Assembly: GCF_018350175.1 (NCBI RefSeq)
Contig: NC_058368.1
Location: 105,836,001-105,900,000 of the forward strand
Direction of reading: 5' to 3'
Source: Felis catus
Taxonomy: Eukaryota
DNA length: 64,000 bases
This document shows, in pieces, positions 53,721 through 64,000 of the stretch (position 1 is its first letter; each line of letters begins with the position of its first letter). The notes below the pieces were generated by a model. That model worked only from the letters and a program-made list of their open reading frames with translations, did no database searches and was not told the DNA's origin. The position numbers and the translations under genes were made by a program.

Positions 53721-54523
53721 TAAAATGCTGATGAAAAATTCTTAGGGAGGTCTCAAAGATCAACAGCAAACAGAGTCTCTGCATCTGATGAAATCCACAT
53801 GAAAAGGGGCCTTGTTACTATTTATGATTCAATGATGTTTGACGTTGTGTTCTTTTACTCATCCATACTTTAAAATATGGGGATTCTAGTAAGAGTCCCA
53901 CCATTTGGGAAACACAAACTTCAAGTGATATGTTATTATCCAAGAGCTACAATACCTACATTTCTGTTAAAAGGTTATCTAATTAGTGCAGAATATTCTC
54001 CAGACAGTGAAGAGAAGATCTTTACTGGATTAAAGCTCCCTCTTTCACAATGACATCGCATTTTTAAAAAATCATTTCATAGCCCTGCACTACCGTATTG
54101 TATCATTAAACATATACGAGCAAAAACAGTTTGTAAGATTGGCTCTCCTAGGGTTCATTTTGGGGTATCCTAAAGAGAGAGAGAGAGAAATCGCAACAAT
54201 CTTTACCATTTCTTTAGTTTGGTATTCATCTTTTATGGAGCTAGATTTTTAAAAAAGCAAGTGAGTACTAACTTGTGATATATGTCAAATCTGATAAAGT
54301 AAGGGTGGTACTCAACATCAGTACTCTAAAACACAAACAGTTTAAAGAGAAACAAATCTCATATGATACAAATTGGAAATTTAAGTGTAAGGGATGGCTT
54401 ACTAAATAAAATTATTTTTTTAATGATCATAGGCTTCACACCCCCTTAAATTATGGCTTAGTATGAAATACCCACTGAATCAAATGACTGCTAATAAATG
54501 AAGTCTATGCCAATGTTCCTTAC

Positions 54524-54619
54524 GTTGTCCACAGTAAGTTCCAATATATCCCTTCTGGCACTGGCAATGGTCATCAGCACAGGTCCCTCCATTCAGGCAT
54601 CTAACGTTGCACTGCTGAA
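54524..54619 (-). CDS. FBN2: Fibrillin-2 coding exon 4 (96 nt), EGF-like module 2
   Basis: ccttgcag|TTCAGCAG...CAAC|gtaagg. Encodes (I)[31 protein letters not shown](P). Not in the ORF track; read directly from the sequence. Confidence 0.97.
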
Positions 54620-54899
54620 CTGCAAGGAACAGCAAAAAAGTATAAAACTATCAATCACTATAATTACAGTGTCTGTGAGTTATAAAAGTATACTAAATCC
54701 CAATTCAATGGCAAATATATTCTACAGAAGCACTATGACACAAATACATCTTTATTTGTGTAAGTACACACATGAGCATATGTGTTACATTACTCACCAT
54801 GACTTTAAAACATATCACACTTTCACCGTCAATCAATATATGATGACTAGTAGTGTAGTTTCCAGAATGTGGGAAGCACTTGTGTATCCATTTGGAATG

Positions 54900-56005
54900 C
54901 AGGGGCTGAGTGCCTGCCCTATGTGCTCAGCACCCCACTGTAATGAAAGACTTACTATCCACTCTCATGAAGCTACCATTCCCATAGACGGACAAAACAC
55001 AAGTCAACAAATGCCACAAAGCCATCATAGGTTGTGACAGGTTCTCCAAAGGAAATTGTGTCACGAAAAGGAAGAGCCTGGAGTCAAAAAGGAACCTAGA
55101 CAGAAGTGAGACAAGAACCATTCTGATGCAACACTTAAACTGAGTTCTAAAGAATGAGAATGAGCCAGGCATGAGAAGTACCAGCGAGGAACCTCACAGG
55201 GAGAGGAATCAGAAAACTGAAATACTCTCAGATGGAAAAGTTCTTCTGTTTGAAGAACTGAAAGGGTTACATGATTATAAAGAGTCAGGCTGAGAAGAGA
55301 TCGTGGAGAGGCATCCAGAGGCCAGCCAGATAATGCAAGGCCTCCTTCGCCATTGAAGGTTTTGCATTATATCCCAAATGCAACAGAAGTCATTGAAAGG
55401 ATTTAAATCAGACAGTAAAGTGATGCAATCTGTATTTTTAAAGGATTCCTCAAGCTGCTCTGCACAGAAGAGATTTGAAGAGAGCAAGAGCAGAAGCCAG
55501 AGAAGCCCTCGGAAGGTTACTGCAGTAGTCCCTCTGAGAGATGTGGGGCGCTAAACCATAGGCTCTCAGTGGTGATGCAAAGGAGAAGATGTATTTGAGA
55601 TGTTTCCCAAGAGAACTCACAGGTCTTGTTGAAAGAGCTGATATGACATGAGAGAAAGAGAGAGAAAGCGAAGAGAAACAGTTGCTCAAGCACTGGGTGG
55701 ATGGCAGCGCCATTTGCTGAGGCAAGAGAAACCGGAAGTAGACTGTGGGCAACAATGAATCAAATTTCATGCTACCAACTTTCAGAAGTTTACTAAGCAT
55801 CATGGAGATGTGAAATAGGAAACGGAACAGGCGAATATGAGGCTCAATGGAAGGATATATTCTGGAGATCATCACTATGAGTTAGCAACATATTGGTAGT
55901 AGTTGAAGGCATATATGCAAATGAGTTCACCCAGGGAGACCAGACTGTTGACAATGCTGAACTCTGAAAGGAAGTCTAATGAAGAGGACACGGACAGGAG
56001 ACTAA

Positions 56006-56050
<45 letters not shown>

Positions 56051-56160
56051 GGAACACTGTGGCCATTGATATTGCACTAGTGAAGGGAAAAGAGCATTTC
56101 ATAAAGAGAGTCAGTAATGGTGCTAAATGCCTTAGGAAGTGGAGCAGGGTGGGGACTGGA
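54900..56160 (-). mobile_element. L2 fragment (about 1.2 kb) containing (AAT)n at 56006-56049
   Basis: gaagtcattgaaaggatttaaa, gtgatgcaatctgtatttttaaaggattcctcaagctgct and ggtagtagttgaaggc are antisense L2 motifs. Confidence 0.75.
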
Positions 56161-57029
56161 AAAGAGAGAATATTTCCTGATGAAAATAGAGTTATTACTC
56201 AAGGCCACAGAAATTCATGGATGCCCTCTGGAATTATATGCCATAAAATGAGGGTAGGCCTGTGAATGTTTTGTTGCCCAGGCAGAGAATTAAAAAGTTG
56301 AATTGTAAAATTTCTCCAGGATTGGGTTTGTTTGTTTGTTTGTTTGTTGCGGGAAAACTAAGACAAGACAATGAAGATATGGGCAAGAATATCTTCCAGG
56401 CGTTCAGATAAGGGAGGTTCTGGAAAGCAATGGAGGAAATCTGCTAATCAGGGTGGTCAGAGAAAGCCTGGATGAACTGTGAACGAGAGCTTTAAAAAGC
56501 TGAGAAAATGACGGATTATTTTCAAAGAAAATGAAACTAAAGTTCTACTCAGAAGTTTCATCAGAAGACAATGACATCTGTCATAGAAATCTTGAATCTT
56601 CAATATCTGAGTCAGACAGATTCTCTTGCATGTCTTCTTAGGGAAAACGTGGAGAGAGAAATGTTAAAAATGAAACGTCACTCTGGCTTGAGGCAAGTTT
56701 AAAATTTTATTCAATTACTGAGCAATTAAATAAAGAGTATCTGCTCCTACTCTGTTAGAATATTACCTTAAACACTGGCCTAAAAGATTATGCTTGAAGA
56801 CCCGACAATTCTTAGCTAGGTCATGAATAACACAATGTTAGTCTATTGTTGTGATCTTTCAGGGTTGCTGGTTCATATGTGTAAAGCAGAGCAAGTTAAT
56901 AAACATAAAGCATCATGTCAGTACACAGTATTTTGTCAGTTACCTTTCCCGATTAGTTAACCTACAGAACAGGACATGAACCACAGGATTACACAATAGG
57001 CAATAAACAGAGCATAGGGTTTGCAAATG

Positions 57030-57240
57030 CCTACAGGTTTAGGCATCAGAACACGTGGATTCAAATCTATGTTACCCTGGGCAAGTTACTTAACTCAAAT
57101 GCACCCATCTTCTTTCTCTGTAAAATGGGGTCATAATATTACCTCATAGTTCTTTTTATGTGAGGATTAAATAACATGCGATCGTCAAAAACATAAAACA
57201 GTACCAGGCACATAGTAAAAACCCAGTAAGTTATAGTTCT
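57030..57240 (+). mobile_element. MIR
   Basis: ttaccctgggcaagttacttaact...ctctgtaaaatggggtcataata...gtgaggattaaat. Confidence 0.8.
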
Positions 57241-57246
57241 TATTCA

Positions 57247-57465
57247 TTTTTTAAAAAAAATTTTTTAAATGTTTATTTACTTTTGAGAGAGAGAAAGAGA
57301 GTGAGTGGGGGAGGGGCAGAGAAAGGGAAAAACAGAATCAGAAGCAGGCTCCAGGCTCCGAGCTGTCAGCACAGAGCCTGACACGGGGACTCGAACCCAC
57401 GAGTTCCGAGATCACGACCTGAGCTGAAGTCAGACACTTAACTGACTGAGGCACCCAGGCTCCCC
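57247..57465 (-). mobile_element. CAN-SINE
   Basis: gaagcaggctccaggctccgagctgtcagcacagagcc body and head. Confidence 0.92.
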
Positions 57466-57762
57466 AACAAGTCCTAATTATAAAGAACTTCTCCACTGAA
57501 TCCAGGTACTTTTATAACATAGATGTGTAGCTTCTGGACCAGAATTAAAGCATTTTGCTTAATAAACATCATGACCCTACTCCTTCTTAGTTTTTGGTGA
57601 CAATAATTAAGCCACCGAAGATTTTTCACTCCAAAGACAAATACAGATATAGTTAGTAAGGAAAATAATCAGAGACTTATACCCTTGTTGAAAAAGACAT
57701 TTTGCGTTCACTCAGAAGTTTCCAAATAATGCAATAAGTAAGGTCACATCTAAGAAACATAC

Positions 57763-57861
57763 TTGATTTTGATCCACAGGTTGGTGATATTTGGCCGCTG
57801 GAACAGGTACACATGTTAGGACGGGAACAAAATCCATCTCCACAACTATTTCTACAAATTG
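57763..57861 (-). CDS. FBN2: Fibrillin-2 coding exon 3 (99 nt), EGF-like module 1
   Basis: ttccacag|CAATTTGT...TCAA|gtatgt. Encodes (P)[32 protein letters not shown](I), six Cys, phase 1-1. Confidence 0.98.
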
Positions 57862-60400
57862 CTGTGGAAAGCACAATAGGGAAGGAGAGGAACAATTAGG
57901 TAATAATCCACAGTTTACAAAACCAGAAAGCTACAGTTAACAACACTAAACCTGAAAAGCTAAGATAAAAACAACAACAACCATGGGATACATAATGACT
58001 AATTTCAGATATGTAACAAAACTACCCATTGTAGACATGAGACTTAGTCTCATAAGTATCCTTACAATAATGTGCAAATAAATGGCACTATTTCAAGTTC
58101 CATAGCCCGTTAATTCTCCCATCAATACGGGTCATGTTTCCCATTCAAGGCAGAGTGTTTATACACAGAATTTACCACAAGACAACAGTCTTGGTCCTAG
58201 AAGCTGGGAGGACTGAGGAAACCCAGAGGTCCCACATACCTCAGGAAACACAGCCCACTCTGGAAAAGATCTTCACAAGACATAGAAAATACAAAATGGG
58301 TGGAGCCAGAGACTCTGAGCCCTAACCACTTGGCCAAGCCCCAGGGGTTCTGTGCACATTCCTTCCCAGCTGGTATCTGACCTGCCCCATCATCAATCTT
58401 TGTTCTCCTTAATAATTCCCTCTCTCCTTCCTCCAGCCTTTCTTCCCTCATGCTACCACCACAACGTGGCCTATTCCTGCTGCTCAGAAAAGCTGCTGCG
58501 ACATTTTGATGGAGGGAGAGTCAAAGCCTCCTGCGGTTGTGACCTCCAAGGTATGAGGGTCATCACAGCAAAGAATGTTAGGCTCACTGACACAGCACAT
58601 ACCACGGATCCTCAAAATCGTCAGCAGAGTGCTTTCAAATGGGAAGGCTCTCCCATGTTTAGTCAGTTCATTTATCTCCATATCTACATCTGAATTCTTT
58701 CTTTGTGCACAAAGTCTATGTACTTTAATGCTCCATGAGTAGATGCATGAAGACAAGAAGAGGAGAGTCTGGGAATGTCTTCAAACTAGCTATAAACATT
58801 TACGCAGATGTGCATATGTGTCTTTTGCTAGACAGGGGTCTCACAATTTTCAAAAAGATCTAAGACCCGCAATAATGTAAATGGCGTGCTCCACAGAAGC
58901 AAGCTAACTCAGTAATTGTTTTCCTTCTCCAAATTGCCTCTTGACATCCACATAATATGACCAGCATCTCCATCAGTAGTACTTATAAGTGAAAATGTCA
59001 TAGATCACAGTGTGAAGACTGTTAGGCAAGAACATGGTTCCTGTCATAGAGTGGACCGTTAATTTCTAAAATGTGCTACAGTTTCTGATCACCAATAATT
59101 TTCCAGCGACACATATTCACTAAAATAATATTTTATGTCAAAGCCCCCTATCCCCAGCAAGCTGGCATTGAGTTTAGGCTTAGGTGATCTACAAAGTGCG
59201 AATACCCAGGTCCTAAACCCGAGGAAGGTCTCATGGAGGAAGACCGGTCATCCTCAGACAGCAGATCTCTGTTATGACCACAGGTGTGTGCTCTATAGCT
59301 GTGAGCCAGTGAGAAGGGAAAGCATGTAGGCCCTTTCTCCTCATGCTCATCTCAAATTAAGATTTCCCTCACCAAACTGTCTATCCCTCCCACAGTCATG
59401 AAAACCATGAGACCCAGAAACACCAAAAGGAGAGGGCAAGAGGACATAGTTGTTAGGATTTTACAGATGCTGGGAGAAGGTACGCAGCACAGTGAAGAAT
59501 ACACAGTACGCCAGAGGTCTGATGTGGAGCTCTTGTGCTACCGTGGACCCACTGTAAACTTAGAAAAAAACACACAGCTTCTCTGGGTTTTGTTTTCTTC
59601 TTGGTAAAAGAAAACAGAGCTTATACTGGAGGGATCTGATGTCTTTTCAGGTTCAAAGGCTATGACTTCAGGCCAACTCCCTCCCATTCTACTGATCAAA
59701 ATGCCCTTCACAGCAAAATTTCACAATAAGTAAACCAATAAACTTTCCCACTGCTTCAAGTTCTAACAAGATTAAAATAAAACCAAATCAATGAAAAGTG
59801 AGAGAGTCAATTCCATTCCTTTGGAAACAATATTGGGAAGTTCAGAAGTACTTCAGTGATCTTTGCAGGTCACAACTAAGAACGCTGACAACAAGCACAG
59901 AGACTCAAATCAAAATGCATCAGGTTTGCAGCAGTTTGAGAAATACATTTTTCTTTTATTATCTTTGCCTCTTCATGAAGCCTGGTGAAGGCCAAACAGA
60001 TTAAAATTCTAGACGGTAATCATTTTAATGTTGTCTGTAAAGAAAGAATTCTGTTGTATAAATGTATGAAAAAAATAATCTTTGGTGCATGCATTCTATT
60101 GGTATTTTACTTATCGCTTTTTCTAAGTTGCCTCAGAGCTTGCCTTTTGCTAAATGACAGAAATTCAATAAATGCAATAAATAACTTATCATCACCAGGA
60201 AATCCTAGAATGAAAATTCCCGACTTTGACTTTATGATGGTTTTAGTTTGGTTATTATCTTCACATATTATCATTTTAAAAGCCAAAAATAATTGAACTA
60301 CTAAATTTAATGTAAAGTATTAAAATTCAAAATTTAAGTCAGATCTCTACAACAGAATATAAAGGCATTACATTCTTCCTCTACTTTGTGCACTATTTCA

Positions 60401-60608
60401 ATTTTTTTTTTAACATTTATTTATTTTTGAGACAGAGACAGAGCATGAACAGGGGAGGGTCAGAGAGAGGGAGACACAGAATTTGAAACAGGCTCCAGGC
60501 TCTGAGCTGTCAGCACAGAGCCCGATGCAGGGCTCGAACTCACGGACCGCGAGATCATGACCTGAGCCCAAGTCGGCCGCTTAACCGACTGAGCCACCCA
60601 GGCGCCCC
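60401..60608 (-). mobile_element. CAN-SINE
   Basis: 14-bp TSD tgtgcactatttca at 60387-60400 and 60609-60622. Confidence 0.97.
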
Positions 60609-60921
60609 TGTGCACTATTTCATAGTCTTGGGTGTTTGAGTTATTTTTTTAATGCGCTGATATTTTTGTAGAGAACTCTTGATATATGTGCTATACACAT
60701 TTTTGGAGATTTAAGGATAACTTCAAAGTTTATGCTTTCTAGAGATTTATGATACATGTAACTTCCATTGTATTTCATAAACACCCAAATATTTCAAGTA
60801 GTAGAAATGCAGGCTACAATGTCACTGTTGTTCTGAGATTTCCAAAGTGGTTTTTCTAAACAAGTAAAAAGCACAACATTACTGAAAAACTAAAAGTATT
60901 TAAAGCCAACATTCAGAGGGC

Positions 60922-60926
60922 TACAT

Positions 60927-60957
<31 letters not shown>

Positions 60958-61014
60958 CACACATATATACATACATGTACATATATATGCACAATATATC
61001 CATGTACATATATA
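60922..61014. repeat. (TA)n/(CA)n low-complexity repeat
   Basis: Mostly alternating tatata/cacaca sequence. Confidence 0.9.
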
Positions 61015-62684
61015 TTTCTACCACAAATATTCTGGAAGGATCTGTTCTCTGGAATTCCCATTCCACACCAATCCAATAAAATCTGACTTTACAGATTTTC
61101 AACACATACCATAAACCGATCCCTTCTTCTCGGCTGCTCTCCAACTCAATAATGGCAGTCACATTCATTACATTTAGTGAGTCAGACTTTCCGCAATGCC
61201 TAAGTCATCCCAGCTAGTATGGCAGGTGTGTGGTGAGTGACATTAGCTGCTTTAGGATTCTAGGAACCATGTTAAGTTTAAAGCAGGCATGATTATGCCC
61301 TACTGGCCTGAAAGAGTAAATACACCCTCCATAAATGCCTCACATAGATGATTTCTGCATTGGAGAAAAAAGAATGCGGTACCCTTTCTTCCTTTTGAAT
61401 AAAGTAAAGGCTTATAATCAGAGGGTTTATGTAAAATATTTATGAATCACTTTAAAGAACAGTCATTATTTCCCATTTTTGCCTCCCAACTGGAGATTGT
61501 GGGATTTTTAGAGTAGAAAAAGTTTTAAGAAACAAGTCTTCACAACACTTGAGATTTCATTCCTTTTTAAAAAACTGAAACAACATTACATTAAGGGTCT
61601 ATCTCAAACCCACAAAACCAATAAATATAGAGTCAGAGATGCCACTACATCCTTATTATCCCTTGGCTAGTGAGGCTTGCCCGTTTTCTCTGTTCACAGT
61701 TGCATAATTATCTTTTCCCTGGAGAACATGAAGGTCAATCTAAAGTCAAGATTGGCTCTAAATGAATGTGCTGTCTATGATACCTGGCTCTCCTCCGGAC
61801 AAGACAAATGTGACTCTGCTAGATAAATACACAGAGGAAGGCCAGTCACACTTCAACTCACAAATTCACAGGAATGTGAAATAAGACATCCTATGGCCCA
61901 TCACGGTGAGGTTGATAACTAATGACTTCTCCAATTAGAATTTAGGAAAGCTACATATACTCTTCGAAAACTAAATAAAATAATAAAAATTTTAAGGCCA
62001 GAGATGCAGAACTTTTGAAGTTCTACGCCTCATACTTTGAAAAACCTACTGTACTCTAGGAGACAGATATGGAGCCTGAAAATCCTAAATTTAAATATCT
62101 TCAGGGGAAAAAAAAAAAACAACCTCAAACCATTTGGGAAGAGTTCTTTTAAAAATTTTGTTGACCTGGGTCAACTCTAAATCCCTGAGAGAGTTCCTTT
62201 CATATCTATGTTATGTGGCTGTTGAGATGAAACCAGAGATAATAAAGTGGTTTTGTACAAAGGCCTAAGCAAGCTTGATCTTCAAAAGTCCTAAACCTCA
62301 TGCAGTCAAAAGCCAGATAATTTACATAATCACATTGTGGTCTTATCTGGACTCTTTTAGGAAAAAGTGGTTTTGAGTTATCTAGGGAATTGCTGTACTC
62401 CCCCTTCAGTTTGTATTAATAGACACAGAAAGATAAAACTTCCAAGTATCTCTGAAACCTTTATCATTATTGCCCTTCAACAGAGCCTAGAAGTGGAGCC
62501 TAAACTGATGTAAACCGGCTGCTTCTTCCTCAACACTCGAATGGGGCCGCGTCCTAATTACCACTGCTTTGTGGCCACTGGATTCTAAAAGCAACTGTGT
62601 GCCCCCAATGACTCAATGCAAAAGCTGGGCCCTGACAGGGGGCCGACCGCGCTGCCCAGGCTGCAATCCCCATCAGGCACTCAC

Positions 62685-62767
62685 GGACAATGCACTGGTT
62701 TCCTCCAGGAAGCGTCTTCCACCCAGGGCAACAGTAGGAGTGGAACCTGGATCCGCACACGTTGGGC
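62685..62767 (-). CDS. FBN2: Fibrillin-2 coding exon 2 (83 nt), N-terminal 4-Cys motif
   Basis: cag|GCCCAAC...GTCC|gtgagt. Encodes (G)[27 protein letters not shown](P). Phase joins exon 1 and exon 3 in frame. Confidence 0.98.
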
Positions 62768-63573
62768 CTGCGATGGACAAGCGAGGTCACACACATGGAG
62801 GGAAGGGTACGGTAACACATTAGCGGTTTTCCCAAGCAAAACCCTGAGTGAGAGGATTTCGGGACAACAAACAAACCAAAACTACACTTCACATTCTTGG
62901 GGCTTGGGGCGCAGGCAGGGAAGTACATGGGCTGGAACAGGGGAGGGTCGGAAACGTCTAAACCTTGCTTTTCGTCTGCTCTCCCGTATTGCCTTCCCAA
63001 AGGGCGAAAAGAAACTTAGAAACATGTCATTTGCTACTACTCTAGCCTCCGGATACAGAGAACAAAGGGATCCCTCTGTTTTCAAAAATCCTTGCCCTCG
63101 TCCCCAAATCCGTCCCTCCTCCATCCACTGTTCCTGCGGCCCCGACGTGTCCAGGAAGGCGCGTCGGAAGCTGAAGCGCTGGAGTTTGATTAGACTGAAC
63201 CCTAAGCCCCGAACTGGTCCTCAAACAAAAGGCTCGGGAGCGGCGCCCCCGACGGTGGGGTGCTGGCAGGCTCCACCAGCCCCGACGCCCAGTGGACTCA
63301 AGCCCGCCTCCAGCCCCACATTTGGAACCTGTTCCCGCACCGCGGTCACTGCGCGCGCTCTACCATCCGCACCCGGGGGCCTCCGACCCAACCCCCTAGG
63401 GAGGGCTTTTTGCCCACTGAGCTGCGGAGGAAAAGGGGGAGGCGCTCCTGGGAGTCCTCGGGATTCTGGTGGAGGGGGCCGCGGCTTGAGCCGCCAGAAC
63501 TAGGCTGAGGGAGGGGTGGGATGGAAAGCTGCCAAGGCAAGGGTCCCCCCACCAGTGCCTCCTGCCCACCTAC

Positions 63574-63827
63574 CCTCGGAGCACGTCCTGCTGTCCTCGT
63601 CTGCGGACGCGGCTGGCCGCCGCGGCGCCCTCCTCGCGGTACTCAGGCACCGCGAACCCGCCTTCGGAGCCCGCCGCCGCGGGCCGGACCTGTTGCGGGG
63701 GCGGCTGGGGCCGGGGCGGCTTGGGCGGCGGAGGCTGGGGCTGGCCAGCCGTGCCCTGCGCCCAGAGCGCCACGCAACCCAGCCACACGAAATAGGGCTG
63801 CAGACACAGCCGCCGCCGTCTCCCCAT
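63574..63827 (-). CDS. FBN2: Fibrillin-2 first coding exon (254 nt CDS): signal peptide, Pro/Gln-rich segment, furin-type RVRRR site
   Basis: Translates MGRRRRLCLQPYFVWLGCVALWAQGTAGQPQPPPPKPPRPQPPPQQVRPAAAGSEGGFAVPEYREEGAAAASRVRRRGQQDVLRG, recognisable as the fibrillin-2 N-terminus. ATG at 63827 in strong Kozak context (gcgATGG). Donor GG|GTAGGT at 63573. Confidence 0.98.
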
Positions 63828-64000
63828 CGCGGGCGCCGAGAGCGCGCGGACCGTGGTCCGCGGACAGGGAGTGCTGGGAGACAAAAATCTGTGCGGCCTG
63901 AAAAAAAGTCAGGGTCTACAAAGCCCTCCGTCGGCTCCCGAGACTCCCCGGGGCTCGGGCTCCCTGCTCTAGCGGGAGCCCCGGAGCGAGCGCCGGCCCC

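Larger units (their letters stand above)
62530..64000. promoter_or_regulatory. CpG island covering FBN2 5' UTR, exon 1, intron 1 and exon 2
   Basis: Abrupt rise in GC content and CpG density from about 62530, strongest at 63100-64000, compared with the AT-rich remainder. Confidence 0.9.

Noticed and set aside
54498..55037. 179-aa plus-strand ORF
   Set aside because: Antisense to FBN2 exon 4 and runs into an L2 relic; no domain recognisable.
8300..60608. tRNA-like A/B-box sequences
   Set aside because: These are heads of tRNA-derived CAN-SINEs, not tRNA genes.
62160..62175. Palindrome gttgacctgggtcaac resembling a nuclear-receptor element
   Set aside because: Half-sites are everted with a 2-bp spacer, not the canonical ERE; a single short palindrome is expected by chance.
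62554..63000. 148-aa minus ORF containing a fibrillin peptide
   Set aside because: Only 62685-62767 is exon, bounded by canonical splice sites; the rest is open intronic frame.
63828..63884. 19-aa N-terminal extension of FBN2 in the ORF track
   Set aside because: It starts at a non-ATG (TTG) codon; the ATG at 63827 has a strong Kozak context and starts the signal peptide.
1..64000. CRISPR arrays, prokaryotic operons, numts, retroviral ORFs or a foreign insert
   Set aside because: None seen by eye; composition and repeats are consistent with one continuous felid locus.

Overview
This is mammalian genomic DNA from a felid, judged by feline CAN-SINEs and carnivore L1 3' ends. It holds the 5' part of the fibrillin-2 gene (FBN2) on the minus strand. 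Five coding exons were read from the sequence, all with GT-AG junctions: 63827-63574, 62767-62685, 57861-57763, 54619-54524 and 46113-46018. They splice into one open frame of 628 nt encoding the signal peptide, a Pro/Gln-rich stretch, the furin site, the 4-Cys motif and three EGF-like modules. Exon 1 sits in a CpG island at the window's right end. Positions 1-46017 are part of a large intron 5, filled with CAN-SINEs, L1, L2, MIR, MaLR LTR and DNA-transposon relics plus microsatellites. I found no evidence for a new gene or a new biological system; the ORF track is otherwise repeat-derived or random. Four structural observations stand out. (1) A nested SINE/L1 insertion at 7.5-8.4 kb whose L1 appears to carry an inverted piece of its own extreme 5' end. 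(2) Two oppositely oriented Tigger2a-type elements bracket exon 5, one only 50 nt from its acceptor. (3) Inverted SINE pairs flank the frame-preserving exons 3-5. (4) A splice-acceptor-like site and competing GC hairpins lie just upstream of the ATG. Repeat subfamily names are recalled from consensus sequences, not from a search, and repeat boundaries are approximate.
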